From: Heptranchias perlo
Taxonomy: Eukaryota
NCBI RefSeq assembly: GCF_035084215.1
Contig: NC_090337.1
Location: 50,468,001 to 50,532,000, forward strand
DNA: 64,000 bases
Reading direction: 5' to 3'
Each line of letters opens with the position of its first letter. Positions within the stretch are counted from its first letter, which is position 1. The notes under the pieces are model-generated. The model was not told the DNA's origin. It did no database searches and saw only the letters and a list, made by a program, of their open reading frames with translations. This document shows positions 36,701 to 51,700 of this stretch, in pieces. The position numbers and the translations under genes are program-made.

Positions 36701-39700
36701 AGCTTTTTGGAACAAAAAATGGTGAATATCTGGCAGAGTGGAATAAGGATTGAGGGCAGGACTCAGGTTCTGCATCTTCCAAAACACACTATAATTTCCA
36801 GTGAAAGTGGATGTAGCAGGAAGATGTGCTCCACCCAAAGTGGTGGATGTATGCAAATAAAAGGATAATGTGGGCTTAATCTGATCCATCAGAAATTCCG
36901 TCATTTAAGCCAGTATTGCAGCTGACTTAACTCAAGCCCGTATAAAAGAGGAGTGAGTTACCTGCAAGATTTGCCAAACCAGAAAATGGTTGATTTCACA
37001 GGCTCTGATTGTCCACAAACTACGTCTAAGCTTTGTAGCCTTTTAGAACTGAGATGGAACCTCATATCAAGGCTTATGAGTTCCAGGATTCTTCCACAGT
37101 CTGCATCAGTACTTCAAGGACATGGGCAGCCTGGTCCTATCTCCTGCCAGTTACATGAGCAGGTATCTGAAGGGAGGGCTGACTGAAAGGTTCACATGAG
37201 CTCTCTTCAAGAATGAGGACAGCATCATGAGGGCAAACTCCTGCCTCACTTCTAGTGCTGGGTCCTGGATCTGCCTACTCACTGATCAGCACGATGGTAG
37301 ACATAAGAAATAGGAGCAGCAGTAGGTCATATGGCCCCCAAGACCCAGAAAGATCAGGAAAGATTGCTGCCGAAGTTCTTGGAAGCAGGTTGGCATCATT
37401 CCCTTGAGGCCTGAAGGACAGTGGTCAATGCCTCCATGTGACTGTCACTAAACAGTCTGGAGGCCTCTCAGTTGGGACACATGGATGCAGAAGTTCATGG
37501 AAGGTTAGGGAGGTTAGGGAGGAAATTGCGGGTCCCCTAGCAGAGATATTTGAATCATCGACAGCTACAGGTGAGGTGCCTGAAGATTGGAGGGTAGCAA
37601 ATGTTGTGCCTTTGTTTAAGAAGGGCGGCAGGGAAAAGCCTGGGAACTACAGACCGGTGAGCCTGACATCTGTAGTGGGTAAGTTGTTAGAGGGTATTCT
37701 GAGGGACAGGATCTACAGGCATTTGGAGAGGCAGGGACTGATTAGGAACAGTCAGCATGGTTTTGTGAGAGGAAAATCATGTCTCACGAATTTGATTGAG
37801 TTTTTTGAAGGGGTAACCAAGAAGATAGATGAGGGCTGTGCAGTAGACGTGGTCTACATGGACTTCAGCAAAGCCTTTGACAAGGTACCGCATGGTAGGT
37901 TGTTACATAAGGTTAAATCTCACGGGATCCAAGGTGAGGTAGCCAATTGGATACAAAATTGGCTTGACGACAGAAGACAGAGGGTGGTTGTAGAGGGTTG
38001 TTTTTCAAACTGGAGGCCTGTGTCCAGCGGTGTGCCTCAGGGATTGGTGCTGGGTCCGCTGTTATTTGTTATTTATATTAATGATTTGGATGAGAATTTA
38101 GGAGGCATGGTTAGTAAGTTTGCAGATGACACCAAGATTGGTGGCATTGTGGACAGTGAAGAAGGTTATCTAGGATTGCAGCGGGACCTTGATAAATTGG
38201 GCCAGTGGGCCGATGAATGGCAGATGGAGTTTAATTTAGATAAATGTGAGGTGATGCATTTTGGTAGATCGAATCGGGCCAGGACCTACTCCGTTAATGG
38301 TAGGGCGTTGGGGAGAGTTATAGAACAAAGAGATCTAGGAGTACAGGTTCATAGCTCCTTGAAAGTGGAGTCACAGGTGGATAGGGTGGTGAAGAAGGCA
38401 TTCGGCATGCTTGGTTTCATTGGTCAGAACATTGAATACAGGAGTTGGGATGTCTTGTTGAAGTTGTACAAGACATTAGTAAGGCCACACTTGGAATACT
38501 GTGTACGGTTCTGGTCACCCTATTATAGAAAGGATATTATTAAACTAGAAAGAGTGCAGAAAAGATTTACTAGGATGCTCCCAGGATTTGGTGGTTTGAC
38601 TTATAGGGAGAGGTTGGATAGACTGGGACTTTTTTCCCTGGAGAGTAGGAGGTTTCGGGGGGATCTTATAGAAGTCTATAAAATAATGAGGGGCATAGAT
38701 AAGGTAGATAGTCAAAATCTTTTCCCAAAGGTAGGGGAGTCTATAACGAGGGGACATAGATTTAAGGTGAGAGGGGAGAGATACAAAAGGGTCCAGAGGG
38801 GCAATTTTTTCACTCAAAGGGTGGTGAGTGTCTGGAACGAGCTGCCAGAGGCAGTAGTAGAGGTGGGTACAATTTTGTCTTTTAAAAAGCATTTGGACAG
38901 TTACATGGGTAAGATGGGTATAGAGGGATATGGGCCAAGTGCAGGCAATTGGGACTAGCTTAGTGGTATAAACTGGGCGACATGGACATGTTGGGCCGAA
39001 GGGCCTGTTTCCATGTTGTAACTTCTATGATTCTATAACTGCCACTCATTACAAGTAGTGCTGCAGCATTTCAAATCCATCTCAGATACTCGCAGAATGG
39101 ATGGTACCGGCCTCTACCACTAGACCTCCAACCTGTTTAAGGTCCTCTGAGATGATCCTCAGAACCCCCCCCAGAGATAAGATGTTCACCCAGTAACCGT
39201 CATTTTAGAGTAGGACACCTGAGATCTGAGTTTCGAGGCCCTCAAGTAGGGGTTGACTTCTGTGGCACCTCTGCTGCCCACTGTCAGACTCCACTGGTAC
39301 CTGGGCCTTCCCCTTGCACCCCATTGTTCTGTGGCTCACACAGTGACAAACCATCATTACAGATATATGGATTCTCCACTCCCCCCCACCCCCGCCCCCG
39401 CCACCCCAGCCCGGGTGGATTTCTCTGAACTGGTGAGTGAGGGTGAAAGGGTGAATGATATCATAAATGATTAGAGGTACTTAGGGCAGAGATGGAAGGG
39501 GACTGGCCACTTTCAATTTCTTCTTCTTCCTTTACCTTTTCCTCTGTAGCATCTTGCTGTGACTGATCTAAAGGGGAAAACAAAGGAAACTATATTAGAA
39601 GTGTAAGCTCTTTACTAGAAGTCTCATAGCTGCATTTGTCAGGTTTCTTGCATTAGTGCTCTGGTCCATAAGCCATGCTAATGGCAAGCTCCTGATGGGT

Positions 39701-42700
39701 CCAACATACCTTCAGCTGCCACAGTCCTTCTCAATTCACCATCTCCAACAGTGCTGTCTGTACACCCAGGATCTTCCTTCTGTAATGCCATGGGTCGAAA
39801 GCCAATTGGTCCTCTGCCTGTATCCTGAGACTGGTCATTATTATGGGTATCATTCTCCTGTGATGGAGGATGAAAAAGAGCAGAATGTTAGTTGTTTGAC
39901 AATAGAGCAGAGTTCGTGTGGCAGTGATCTCCTGCCCCAACCCCAAACAGCCGGTCCCTTATATCTTATAATCTCATTCAGCATATTATCTGCCCATTTG
40001 TAACTACATTTCCCATTTGAGGTCCAACAACCAGTATAAGCAGCCTAACGCCAGTTTCAGCTGGGCATCCTGAGCCAATATGGCGTCCGGCATAATTCTG
40101 GTCCAGATCAGACTGGACAGATTGCGACACGAAAATTTGGGGCCCTAACGCCCATTTTACAGGCGCAGATTGGGCGGCCATAAGTTGAATTTCACCCTCA
40201 ATTTTTCCATCTGTGGCCATTGGTGGCTCCTTTTCCCGTCACACCAACCACCACCTCCCACTTAAGAGGAAAGAAGAAAAATAAAGAGAAGCAGAAGAAG
40301 ACAGAGAGAAAAGCAAAAGGAAGAGTTAAGGCGAGAGAAGCAGAAGAGAAGAGAAAGAGATCTTTCACTAACATAGACATCCTTTCTTACGTTGGGACAT
40401 CAACTTTTGTGTCATTACTTTAAAATTAAATACTTGTAACAAATTCTGCAAATGAGATGAACACTAGACGGTTTACACTTGTAGGCCATTTTTGAGTACA
40501 AAAGATAAACCCCACCCCATCTGCCACCCAGCGAGCACGAATCCACGTTTATCGACTTCTGGTTCTATACCCTCTCCGTTGTGTATATATGTGAATCCTT
40601 AGAGCTTCACATTGAGATTTTGGGGCATTCTGGGGTGACTTGAAGAAAAGTTTCCCGGGCAACAAAACTCCAGATTTGCGAGACCTGCGGCTGACATATT
40701 GAAAGTTCACTAGATTGATTCCTGGGATGAGAGGGTTGTCCTATGTGGAGAGATTGAGTAGAACGGGCCTATATTCTCTGGAGTTTCGAAGAATAAGAGT
40801 TGATCTCATTGAAACATACAAACTTCTAAGAGGGCTTGACAGGGTAGATGTTGATTCGAGGTACTTAAGGCAGAGATGGAAAGGGACTAGCCACTTTCAA
40901 TTTCTTCTTCTTCCTTTACCTTTTCCTCTGTAGCATCTTGCTGTGACTGATCTAAAGGGGAAAACAAAGGAAACTATATTAGAAGTGTAAGCTCTTTACT
41001 AGAAGTCTCATAGCTGCATTTGTCAGGTTTCTTGCATTAGTGCTCTGGTCCATAAGCCATGCTAATGGCAAGCTCCTGATGGGTCCAACATACCTTCAGC
41101 TACCACAGTCCTTCTCAATTCACCATCTCCAACAGTGCTGTCTGTACACCCAGGATCTTCCTTCTGTAATGCCATGGGTCGAAAGCCAATTGGTCCTCTG
41201 CCTGTATCCTGCGACTGGTCATTATTATGGGTATCATTCTCCTGTGATGGAGGATGAAAAAGAGCAGAATGTTAGTTGTTTGACAATAGAGCAGAGTTCG
41301 TGTGGCAGTGATCTCCTGCCCCAACCCCAAACAGCCGGTCCCTTATATCTTATAATCTCATTCAGCATATTATCTGCCCATTTGTAACTACATTTCCCAT
41401 TTGAGGTCCAACAACCAGTATAAGCAGCCTAACGCCAGTTTCAGTTGGGCATCCTGAGCCAATATGGCGTCCGGCATAATTCTGGCCCAGATCAGACTGG
41501 ACAGATTGCGACATGAAAATTTGGGGCCCTAACGCCCATTTTACAGGCGCAGATTGGGCGGCCATAAGTTGAATTTCACCCTCAATTTTTCCATCTGTGG
41601 CCATTGGTGGCTCCTTTTCCCGTCACACCACCCACCACCTCCCACTTAAGAGGAAAGAAGAAAAATAAAGAGAAGCAGAAGAAGACAGAGAGAAAAGCAA
41701 AAGGAAGAGTTGAGAGAGAAGCAGAAGAGAAGAGAAAGAGATCTTTTACTAACATAGACATCCTTTCTTACATTGGGACATCAACTTTTGTGTCATTACT
41801 TTAAAATTAAATACTTGTAACACATTCTGCAAATGAGATGAACACTAGACGGTTTACACTTGTAGGCCATTTTTGAGTACAAAAGATAAACCCCACCCCA
41901 TCTGCCACCCAGCGAGCACGAATCCACGTTTATCGACTTCTGGTTCTATACCCTCTCCGTTGTGTATATATGTGAATCCTTAGAACTTCACATTGAGATT
42001 TTGGGGCATTCTGGGGTGACTTGAAGAAAAGTTTCCCGAGCAACAAAACTCCAGATTTGCGAGACCTGCGGCTGACATATTGAAAGTTCACTAGATTGAT
42101 TCCTGGGATGAGAGGGTTGTCCTGTGTGGAGAGATTGAGTAGAACGGGCCTATATTCTCTGGAGTTTAGAAGAATAAGAGTTGATCTCGTTGAAACATAC
42201 AAGCTTCTAAGAGGGCTTGACAGGGTAGATGTTGAGAGGATGCTTCCCCTGGCTGCAGAGTCCAGAACTAGGGGACATTGGGCTAGAAATTGGGCCGTCT
42301 AGCGCCCGTTGTTTTGGCGGGATGCGGCCTCTCGAAGTGCCACGATGGCGTCTTGGCTGCGCACACACGTTTCTAGCATGACGTGCACCGGATGCCATCT
42401 TGCGCAGAGAGGGAATGCCGGCAGTATGTAAAGTAAGGAGAAAATGGATACAATCTGTGTGCAACACTGATTTAAAGTGATAGACACCATTTTGGGACTT
42501 AACACTCCATTCAACCATGACCATCTCAACCACGACCATCTGAACATGTCATACAGTGCCTGGAGGACCCCCCACCAGCGCTACTTAAAGGAACCATGCA
42601 GGATTTACAGGTTAGTTGCTGGATTATTGCTACTGGCTGCTAATGCAGTTCCAACTGTTTTTGGAGGTCTCCTGGAGTTGAATACTAGGACAAGGGGATG

Positions 42701-45700
42701 TGGCCTAACTTTAGAGCCAGGAAGTGCAAGAGTGAAGTTAGGAAATGCTTCTACACGCAAAGAGTGGAAGAAGTTTGGAACGCTCTTCTGCAACTAGTAG
42801 TTGATGCTAGCTCAATTGTTAATTTTAAATCTGAGATTGATACATTTCTGTGAACCAAGGGTATTAAAGGATACAGAGCTAAGGCGGGTATAAGGAGTTA
42901 GGTCACAGGTCAACTATGATCTCACTGAATGGCGGAACAGGCTCCAGGGGCTAAATGCCACTGCCACTTTCTGCGTCCTGGTATGCGCCACTTTCTCCTG
43001 CAAAAAAGCAGGACGTGCGTCTTGGTGATGTGCCTGTCACGGTTGAATAGCTGCCAGTGTGTCTGGCCTGTGAGTTGTGGCTGGGCGGCTTGCAACAGTG
43101 GTCATGTGTAAGGGTGAGAGGAAGCATTTGATTGGAAGAGTTGAATACTGATGGAAAGTGTTTGTTGGTATGTGGGGGATGGAGGGTGTAGTGCGTGGAG
43201 GAGTGGATGCAGCTAGAAGTGCAGTCCGTAGGAGATACCACATGACAGTTGACCTCACTCAACTTGACCACTTGTGTCAAAGCATTCAACTTCTTCCTGC
43301 ACTGCATCCATGTTTGTGGTGCTATGCCTGGCATTGACTTCATCCCCCGCTGCCTCCCACTGCCTTTTGGGCATATCTCTGGAGGGCCTCTTGCCCCCAC
43401 TGTGGATATAGGATGTCCCTCCTTCTGTCCACCTCTTGCACCAAGGCCTCTAGTGTATCAGCAGAGAATTCTGGTGCACACACTCTCGCAGGCCTGGTAT
43501 AAACTCAGACTGGCAGATTGGTGAGGTCTGGCATGCAGATTGGAGGATGTGGGATTTAGTAGTGTGCAACCTTTATTCAATGTTTTAACATAACTCATCA
43601 GTTTGTAAACATAGGGACGGGACCTGCATCTGTGTTTTATGTGTGCAATGTCTGATCTCCGTTCAGACTACGTGCAGAAAGCAGACGGTTATTTTCAGCA
43701 AACAGGTACCGGCTACCTTTAAGAGATTTTAATAGTCATCCTCCCCATAGTCTCAGGATAAGGGGTCAGCCATTTAGGACTGAGATGAAGAGAAATTTCT
43801 TCACTCAGAGGGTTGTGAATATTTGAAATTCTGTACCCCAGAGGGCTGTGGATGCTCAGTTGTTGAGTATATTCCAGACCAAGAGCGATAGATTTTTGGA
43901 CTCTTAAGGGAATCAAGGTATATGGGGATCGGGTGGGAAAGTGAAGTTGAGGTCAAAGATCAGCCATGATCTTACTGAATGGCGGACCAGGCTCGAGGGG
44001 CTGTATGGCCTACTCCTGCTCCTATTTTTTATGTTCTTATGTCTTCCAAAAGTTGACTGTCAGCATGTATGAAACCGCCCTTTCTCAGCTGGCACTTCAT
44101 GCTTTCTTTATGGGCGGTGAGGTTTACCTGTACTCAATGCTCCAAGATTCTTTGATACATTCTACATTTCACAGCCACTGCTGCAAACTCCCCACACTCA
44201 TGCTTCAGATTCTAACCAATAGATGATCCTAGAAACTGCACTCAATAGATGACCAACCATCCTCTCTGCACTCTTTAGCGACTGTTGTTTTGCCATAATA
44301 TGAAAAGTAAGGAAGTCTCACATACGTTTGCAATTTCTTTACAAAGTCTCAAAGACAAGTTGTACTCTTTGAGGTAAGTGCATCTGATCAGAACAGCTGC
44401 TTTGTACGTTCAATTGCTGTATGCACTATAATTGTTGCATTGATGCAAAGCGGTTTTATTTCACACTGACACTGCAGTGATAATATAAATGAAACCCATG
44501 GGATTAAAGGAACATTGGCAGCCTAAGTACAAAGTTGGCAAAGGAAGATTAAAGGTGATTGGCAAAGGAACCAGAGGCGACACGAGGAAACATTTTTTTA
44601 CGCAGAGAGTTGTTATGATCTGGAACGCACTGCCTGAAAGGGTGGTGGATGCAGATTCAATAAGTATCAAAAGGGAATTGGATAAATACTTGAAGGGAAA
44701 AAATTTACAGGGCTATGGGGAAAGTGCTAGGGATTGGGACTAATTGGATAGATCTTTCAAAGAGCCGGCACCAGAACGATCTGCCGAATGGTCTCCTTCT
44801 CTGCTGTAACATACTATGATACTATAATACTAACCTGAATCCAGAATTAGGTTGGAACCTGACACCTGAACAAAGTGAACTGAGACTCCCTGAAGCATGA
44901 AGTCTCTCTTCTCTTCACTTTGGATTCAGTTTGGACCTTTACACCAACACAAAACTTGTGGAGTTCGAACGCACCCCTAATTAAATATCTAATAAGTTAA
45001 CTAATCAATAATAGACAACTAAAGTATTCACATTTGATGAAATAATTCAAAAATGATGCCCAAATAAATAGAAAACCTAGTATATTATGGGGCCAAATTC
45101 ACATGGCATTCCACCAAATTCCTGCTGTAACTCCAGCAGGAGTCAGGTAGAATGGTTTGGAGCCTCAGCCCGCCCCTTAGATGGGGGGGCAGTGCCAATG
45201 GTGGAGACTCCCTACACTAGGGGTTCCTGCTTCCCCGGCCCCTCAGAGACATAAGGTAACACTGGAGGTTGGTATACCCAGTCAGATGAGGCATAGCAGC
45301 CCCCAGAAGGGCACAAGTGAGTCCCACCAGGGAGTCCAGGCCAGGGAAGTGGACTGGACCCCCGAATATTAGGTAAAAGTTTTTATTTATAAAAAATCAA
45401 CACATCAATGCCATCTTCCCTGCTGAAGCATAGTAGGCAAAGGCAGATCTTTTCTTCCATTGCTCTTACTCATTCTGTAATTTTTGAACTGCTTCTTAGT
45501 TTGGTGTCATCTGCAGATTTGACTACACTGCCTTGAGCTTCTGAATTGACATAAATTAGAAATATTAGAGATCCCTGCACTGAGCCTGAGGTACTCACCT
45601 CTGATATAACTCCTCTGATGAGTATTTGTTGTTTCCCACCCTTCAGCCAATTTCTTATCCATTCCAACTGAGGCAGTGGAGAAAGGCAGGTTTGAAATGG

Positions 45701-48700
45701 AAACAGGAAAAGTGAAACAGAATCTTATTAGATTGCCTGAGGAAAAGAAAAAAGCAGGCCAACACCAAGAGTGCAGATGGCCCGAACCTCTTAAACAAAT
45801 GAGGAAAATCTGCCAAGAGAAGTAGAAAATAAAAACACTTTTATTATGTGATTAACTGCAAATGGGAGGTTTTGGAAAGGGAAGAATATGTTGATGGGGT
45901 TAGATGAAGAAGGGAGGGAGGAGGCTCGTGTGGAGCATAAACACCGGCATGGACCTGTTGGGCCGAATGGCCAGTTTCTGTGCTGTACATTCTATGTAAT
46001 TCTATCAACCCTCTTAAAAAGAGATTTTAGGTATCATCCAAGATGTGCCTGCCAGTCCCATGTTAATGAGATACCTTCCCAATGACCCACAAACTCTAGT
46101 AAGGTCAAGCGTTTGAGGGAAAACCAAAGTAACTGACAGGAATGCAGCCCAAGGATTTTTGGGCCCATATCATCAATGTGATTGCAGTTCTGATAAAGTT
46201 TCATCGACCTGAAACATTAACGCTGTTTCTTTCTCCACAGATGCTGCCTGACTTGCTGAATATTTCCAGCATTTTCTGTTTTTATTTCATCAATGTGATG
46301 ATTAATTACCATTATATTCACCACATAATTAACATCAGCAGTGAAAGCAAATGTGTGCAAGAAAAATATAATTTCATCAACCACGTTTTTGATATTAATT
46401 TACTAAAAACAAGGAAAGTCCAGCATGGAACGGTCAATATGTTCTGTAAAAGTTAACAGTACAGCATTGAAATCAGAGTAAATTAATTATTCAACACCAG
46501 ACACTCCACTAAATCTCTTAACTTTTGGTGCTATTGTAAAATGGGCAATTATCAGAGTGGATCGGCCGCATATTATACACCTCGCCTGATTTTCCTTTTC
46601 ATTGACTTCTTACCTTGTCCATTGTGGGTTTTAGACACCATTCATTGCAGTTGTCCTGTACAAAAATTAAATTAAAAATTGCAATGAAGTATAAAATTTG
46701 TGAGATCAGATGTATGGTATGTAATTTTGAATAAATACATTTCTGTGCATTTCGGAATAAGAAATAATCATGACGTAACAATACATTGCAGATTTAGTAG
46801 GAGATGCCGTCACCATGCTCAATGTACTAGAGCATGAACTCGGACGCACTTCACAATCAAGCTGCCAAATGCTAAGAAATACATGCAGTTATTCAAATTA
46901 CTTAGTGTGGTAGTCTCATATACTTGCTAGCACCATAGACCACAAGCGCAGAACAAAACATGCAACAGGGCACAAAACCTGACTTCTGGAAGCTACATAA
47001 ACCATTGCTGACATAGGTCTGCTCACAAGGGCCATATATACCACTGTCATGGTCCAGTCATGGTGAAGGTACCATGTACCAACAAGTAAGCTAAATAGCC
47101 AGTGAAAACTAATTAGCCTGTAAGTTTTATCTTCTTGAGGTGATACTGAATCTTGTGTGTGGGTAATATATTTCATCCAAGAATAAGCTAAAATCCCAAA
47201 TGTTGCATAAAGTAGCAAGATAGGATAAGAGCTGCAACTGGATAAGAGCTAATGGTTTAAGTGAAGACATGTGGAAAAATTAAAAGAATGCATTGAAAAT
47301 TTACTATAAGGCAGCCATTGTTAGGAGCCATTACATGCTTTCAAGTTCCATCTGCTCCTGACTTAATCACAAGTGTACATAATGACAATGACAATTTTCT
47401 GGAACACACAGCGAATTCATCTCCAGCAAAATGAATACTCTACACTATTCTCCATTAAAATATTAGCATTAATAATAATGGCAAGTATCTTACCTGGGAT
47501 TTGTGAAACTCCAACGCAAGTGGAATAGTAATGCACTCATTAAATTTCTGATAATACATCCAGAAGTCAACAGCTTCAAATCGTTTTAGTTGGAATGTGA
47601 GAATTTGAGGCAACTGTTTAAAATAGTATCTCTGCAAAATGTAAGGTCAAGTTAGTGCAACAAATCTTAAAAGGAATCTTGTTAATGAAAGATAGAGATA
47701 AATGTTATGTTTGTATTTCATTCATAATTAGGATGAAGATATGCAGAAATAAATATCTATAATACATTTAAAATATTACAACTACATGCACCTCCTGTTA
47801 AATTTTTACATTATAAATTCCTATGTCCACATTTATAATGAAAACTGCCCATGTAAACTTGTCACGCTGTAATTACAGCCTTTCACCAGTGAAGGTGCTG
47901 ACATCCAGTATTTCTAAGGGCCTCAAGGAGGTGATTTCACCTTGAAAAAATCAGACTTTGCATCCATTCAGCTGCCTCTGCTGCTTCTCCCCTTCCTTTA
48001 ACAGCCAACGACTTATGGAATTATATAAACTATCTTGGTGACAGAGTGGCAAACTTACTGTTTCTGTTTTAGTCTTTGTGCTACAATGGTCACAATAAGG
48101 CTCGTTGTCGCCTTCCATAGTATCCTCCTTCAAGAACTCTTGAAGAGCTGTTTCCTTTAAAAAGAAAGTAACAGGTTAAAATCAGAATATTGCAGCACGT
48201 CGAAGGCCTTGCACTAGTAGATAGTTATTTACAATGAGTTCAATACATGTCATACAGTTATTAAATCACACAGCGACTCCGATTTAGCCACATGCACTAA
48301 TTTTAGTAGAAAACACCTTATACACAATACAGGTAAATGTACTTCACATGGGTGTATTTACTTAACAAACATCTACCACCATTCAGTGACCAAGGAAGTA
48401 AACCAACCACAATGATCAAAAAAACACTCACACACTCTGCTTTTGATTTTACCAACAAATGCACAAAAAGGTTAAAGTTCACATACATACGTGAATGAGT
48501 ATTGAAATCACATGACCAACAATTGTGTCTGTTATTCATTGTTTATTTACTAATCAGGCATGCAATTAGCCACATCTGGATTGCCAACATCTCACACAGT
48601 TGTTAAATCACGGCACACAATGCATTATGGGACGTTGTGCTAGTTCCTCGTGTTCCATTGTCAAATCACCATGATGTAAATCTTAGAGGAGTTATGTAGT

Positions 48701-51700
48701 CAGAGCTGCTTAAGATTTGCTGGCTCTACACTGAAGGTTGGTGATGCATTTATGCCACTGTGAGCAGTACAGCAGTGTGAAAATCCTGGTCTGACAAGGA
48801 TAAGTGGAAATTCTATCTGGCTCTATTTCATTTGCTTTATCAAAGACATCACGCTGTTTAGTTAGGAAGAAACTAAATGGCAGATTCAAACCAGTTAGAT
48901 ACATTTTTCCTAAGTACTATTAAACACCTTTCTATAGATATCTGATTGCATACAAGTGAGGAAGATTAGAATTTAGACAAAAGAATATATACTCTGATTA
49001 ATTTTCAGGTTAAAGTCATCTAGGGCAGAATGCAAAAATATCAAAGGGTAAAAATAGCAGCTTACAGACAGAAGCAGTAACTTTGGACCAGAATTGAAAG
49101 TGAGTGGTGCATCAAAGGTCCAGGGGTTAAAAATATATGCGGGTATAAGCAAGAAGAGCACGTAAGATGGCATATTTGGAACTTAAAAAGAACAAGAAAG
49201 TTCAGAGCAGCACTGACCATAGTAGTATCGATAAAATTCAGAGAGACAAGAAAGGTTGTGACTGAGAAAAAGAGGTTAGTGCTTAGGAGACAGAGATGGA
49301 TCACCTATCAAACAACAAACTTTTTCTTCTTTACTGTCTAGAGCGGCAAGGGATGCGTTAGAAGAGCTTTCCATATATGGAAGCAGTATTCAAGAAGTCA
49401 AGAGTGGAAAAGTGTTTGGAACAAGAGCAAACTGAGCTTCTTGGAGACAACTTTAGCAATGGAGATGTGTATGTTCCATTTGAGATCAGAAGAAATGAGG
49501 AAGCCAGGAATATCAATAGAATGAAGGGCTAACTGCATTCAATTTAGTTTAAACATTTTGCTCTCCAAGTTAGCAAAAATGCAGTTGCTCAGTTCTCAAT
49601 TAAAACATAATGTAAGTGCCTGCAAGTCTTGGATAATAAAAGATAAATATTGCAATGTCCGAGACTGTTTCAAATGTGAATTACTTTGGATTAATTTTGT
49701 GATGTAGTGGATATCTAAAGTGTCACTGGTACTGGACTCCACAAACAGAATCAATGTAAAAAAGGGATGTTTGCCACATTGCTGTAAAGTAATTTAATAA
49801 TCTGAATACAAAATATGGGTTTAACTCGTTTGCTTTATAATGTTTTAATCTTACCAGATGTCTAATCTTTGCTGAAGAGTAAGCTAAACGAATGGGTAGA
49901 GGTACATCCAGAAAGAAACAGTCATCCTCAAAAAGATTTGCGCACACTGAGCACTTCATGGATAGAACCATTATGATCTGATAAAACTAAAAGACATAGC
50001 ACAATGAGCACTGAGCCCATGATCTGTCATTCAGAATTTAACAGAATACTGAAAAAAAAAACTGATATTTTGAATCCCATCTCAAAAAATACTGATGCTT
50101 CATTGTTGCCATTGACAAATCTTCAAGCCTTTTTTTTAGGTGTACAATATACTTTGGAGGGTGGGTGGGGGGGGAAGAGGATAAATACCGTGGGGGAAAA
50201 AATCCTCGACCATTCCAGTTCACTCTCTCCCGTAACTTTGGAAGGAGTGCGACAGAAGGGCTGGAAATCCCCAGCCATTGCTGGCACTTCTTGCACACCC
50301 TTGCAAGGCCAGTGACGTGAAGGGGCAGGGACAGGAGCACTGACTCCCTATGTCGAGAAGCCCTGTGACATCAGCATCGCAGAAGGTCAGTACATCTTGG
50401 GAAGCTGGTACGTCCAGTGAGAAGAGGCATACCAGTCTCTTCCCTGGTGGAAGTGTGGCCTACCTGGATTTCCAGGCCTAGATCATTGCCTGGTCCCATG
50501 AAGGGGTCAGAAATGCTATAAGATTCTTCTGGCGTCCTTATAAAAGGAGCTGATGGGATAAATGCGTGTATCTTTCAAGGGGCAGTGGGGGGAGTCCCTT
50601 CACCCCCGCCGGGCCTGGAACTGGCATATTCCACTGACTTTTCAGCCTATTGGGGCAGGCAGGTGCCCAAGATCTGCCCCTAGAGGCGTGGGTATTTGTC
50701 ATGGCCATTCAAGTCAGGAGCCCTCCCTTTGATCCACATACTCTGTTAGGGCCAGAGGTCACTAGCAGGCACACTACTGGCATAACAGCTGGGATTGTAC
50801 CCTGCGGATTTTAAGGGTGCTGGATTTTTTTTTTAATTTTAAGATTGACAGTTTTGACAATTCACAGAACGTGACACAGCTTCCTGTTTGTAAGCTACAA
50901 CTTCCTGTTTGTAAACCACAACCCTGTCTACTGATGGAAAAAGTCTGAGAGCACTGTAGACAGTGTTTAGAATCCAGGGAAACATCTATTAGAACAGCTC
51001 AATATTTTAAAAATAGCTATAAAAATGTTTATAGAAAAACAGCAACAAAGTAAAGCACCACTATCTGAGGTCATTTTGATAGCAAAATCAATGTAACTTA
51101 ATATAAGGGTCTGTGAACTTCAATTGAAAATAATTTGACAGATCTCAGTTAATGTGTCATTAACTGCTGCATTTGTATTTCAATTTATTATGCAAGAGAA
51201 AAGGAGTGCTAATCACAGTGCTGGGAAATGAACTAATGCCTTAAGGAAGGGGCTTACCTTTCATCAGGCACACAATAAAAATGATCACGGCTGTAGTGAC
51301 GACACAATATCACTGAAATTCTTAAAGATAAGTTGTCAGTGTTTGCTTTACCCTCCCAATCCCCCACGGACTGTGTCTCAGTGCCAGGATACTCAGTGGT
51401 GTATGGGTGGAGGGTGCATCCTGAGGAAGATAGAAGCCCTAGGCCCGTGGTGTGACCATGACTTTTAGAATCGAGTTGATTCAAGGAGAGGAGAGAAGCC
51501 ACTCCCTGGAAACACAATGCGTGAAGAGTTCCGGTCAATGAAAGCCAAGTTGGCTGCAGAGGCAGTGACACCGTACGGTCAAACTAATACGTGAACTGTG
51601 ACACTGTACAACAGGTAAAAAGTCAATCAAATATCACTGTGTATAATATGAACACAGTACAATAAATTATAATACAAATATAGCACATTAAATAACTATT

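Noticed and set aside
39656-41804. Duplicated 66-115 aa ORFs as a tandem gene pair
   Set aside because: No recognisable domain, mostly non-ATG starts; explained by the intronic tandem duplication
51258-51325. Strong donor (aag|gtaagc) in a USP intron suggesting another exon
   Set aside because: The flanking exons 52244 and 49986 already join in frame with continuous USP motifs; the segment adds no motif
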